In this document: piece by piece, positions 63,949 through 64,000 of the stretch
Layout of the letters: every line of letters starts with the position of its first letter
Position numbering within the stretch: position 1 is the first letter of the stretch
Assembly: GCA_024679065.1 (NCBI GenBank)
Contig: JAGIQG010000002.1
Location: 93,620,001-93,684,000, forward strand
Reading direction: 5' to 3'
Length of the DNA stretch: 64,000 bases
From: Sphyrna mokarran
Lineage: Eukaryota
Program-made: the position numbers and the translations under genes
Notes under the pieces: model-generated
Told to the model about the DNA's origin: nothing
The model's database searches: none
Seen by the model: the letters and a program-made list of their open reading frames with translations, nothing else

Positions 63949-64000
63949 GGTGCTGTGATAACGCCCACAATGGACCACACCATGTCCATGCAGCCAGCCA
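63949..64000 (+). CDS. RBMS3: RBMS3 coding exon, truncated by window end (GAVITPTMDHTMSMQPA...)
   Basis: Acceptor tatttttcag ending at 63948, phase 0, continuing from the 15375-15425 exon. Matches RBMS3 GAVITPTMDHPMSMQPA. Confidence 0.95.

Overview
This is vertebrate genomic DNA, almost certainly from a shark or other elasmobranch, judged by its HE1-like V-SINEs, DeuSINEs and CR1 LINEs. The window lies inside one + strand gene, an RBMS3 orthologue (RRM-type RNA-binding protein). Four coding exons are recognisable: 7403-7449, 8287-8383, 15375-15425 and 63949 to the window end. They splice in frame to [82 protein letters not shown]. The rest is intron, including one of about 48.5 kb. It is packed with decayed mobile elements: about 13 V-SINE copies with three different 3' tails, DeuSINEs, CR1/L2/Rex1 LINE fragments, a rearranged Gypsy remnant, PIF/Harbinger-type TIR elements and Penelope-type termini with hammerhead-like cores. 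Almost all ORFs in the supplied track are spurious or TE remnants. The most unusual object is at 60030-60549: a U2 snRNA-derived sequence whose branch-point-recognition region is replaced by a new hairpin, fused to a LINE ORF2 3' fragment and bracketed by a 12-bp direct repeat. Family assignments come from remembered consensus motifs, not database searches.
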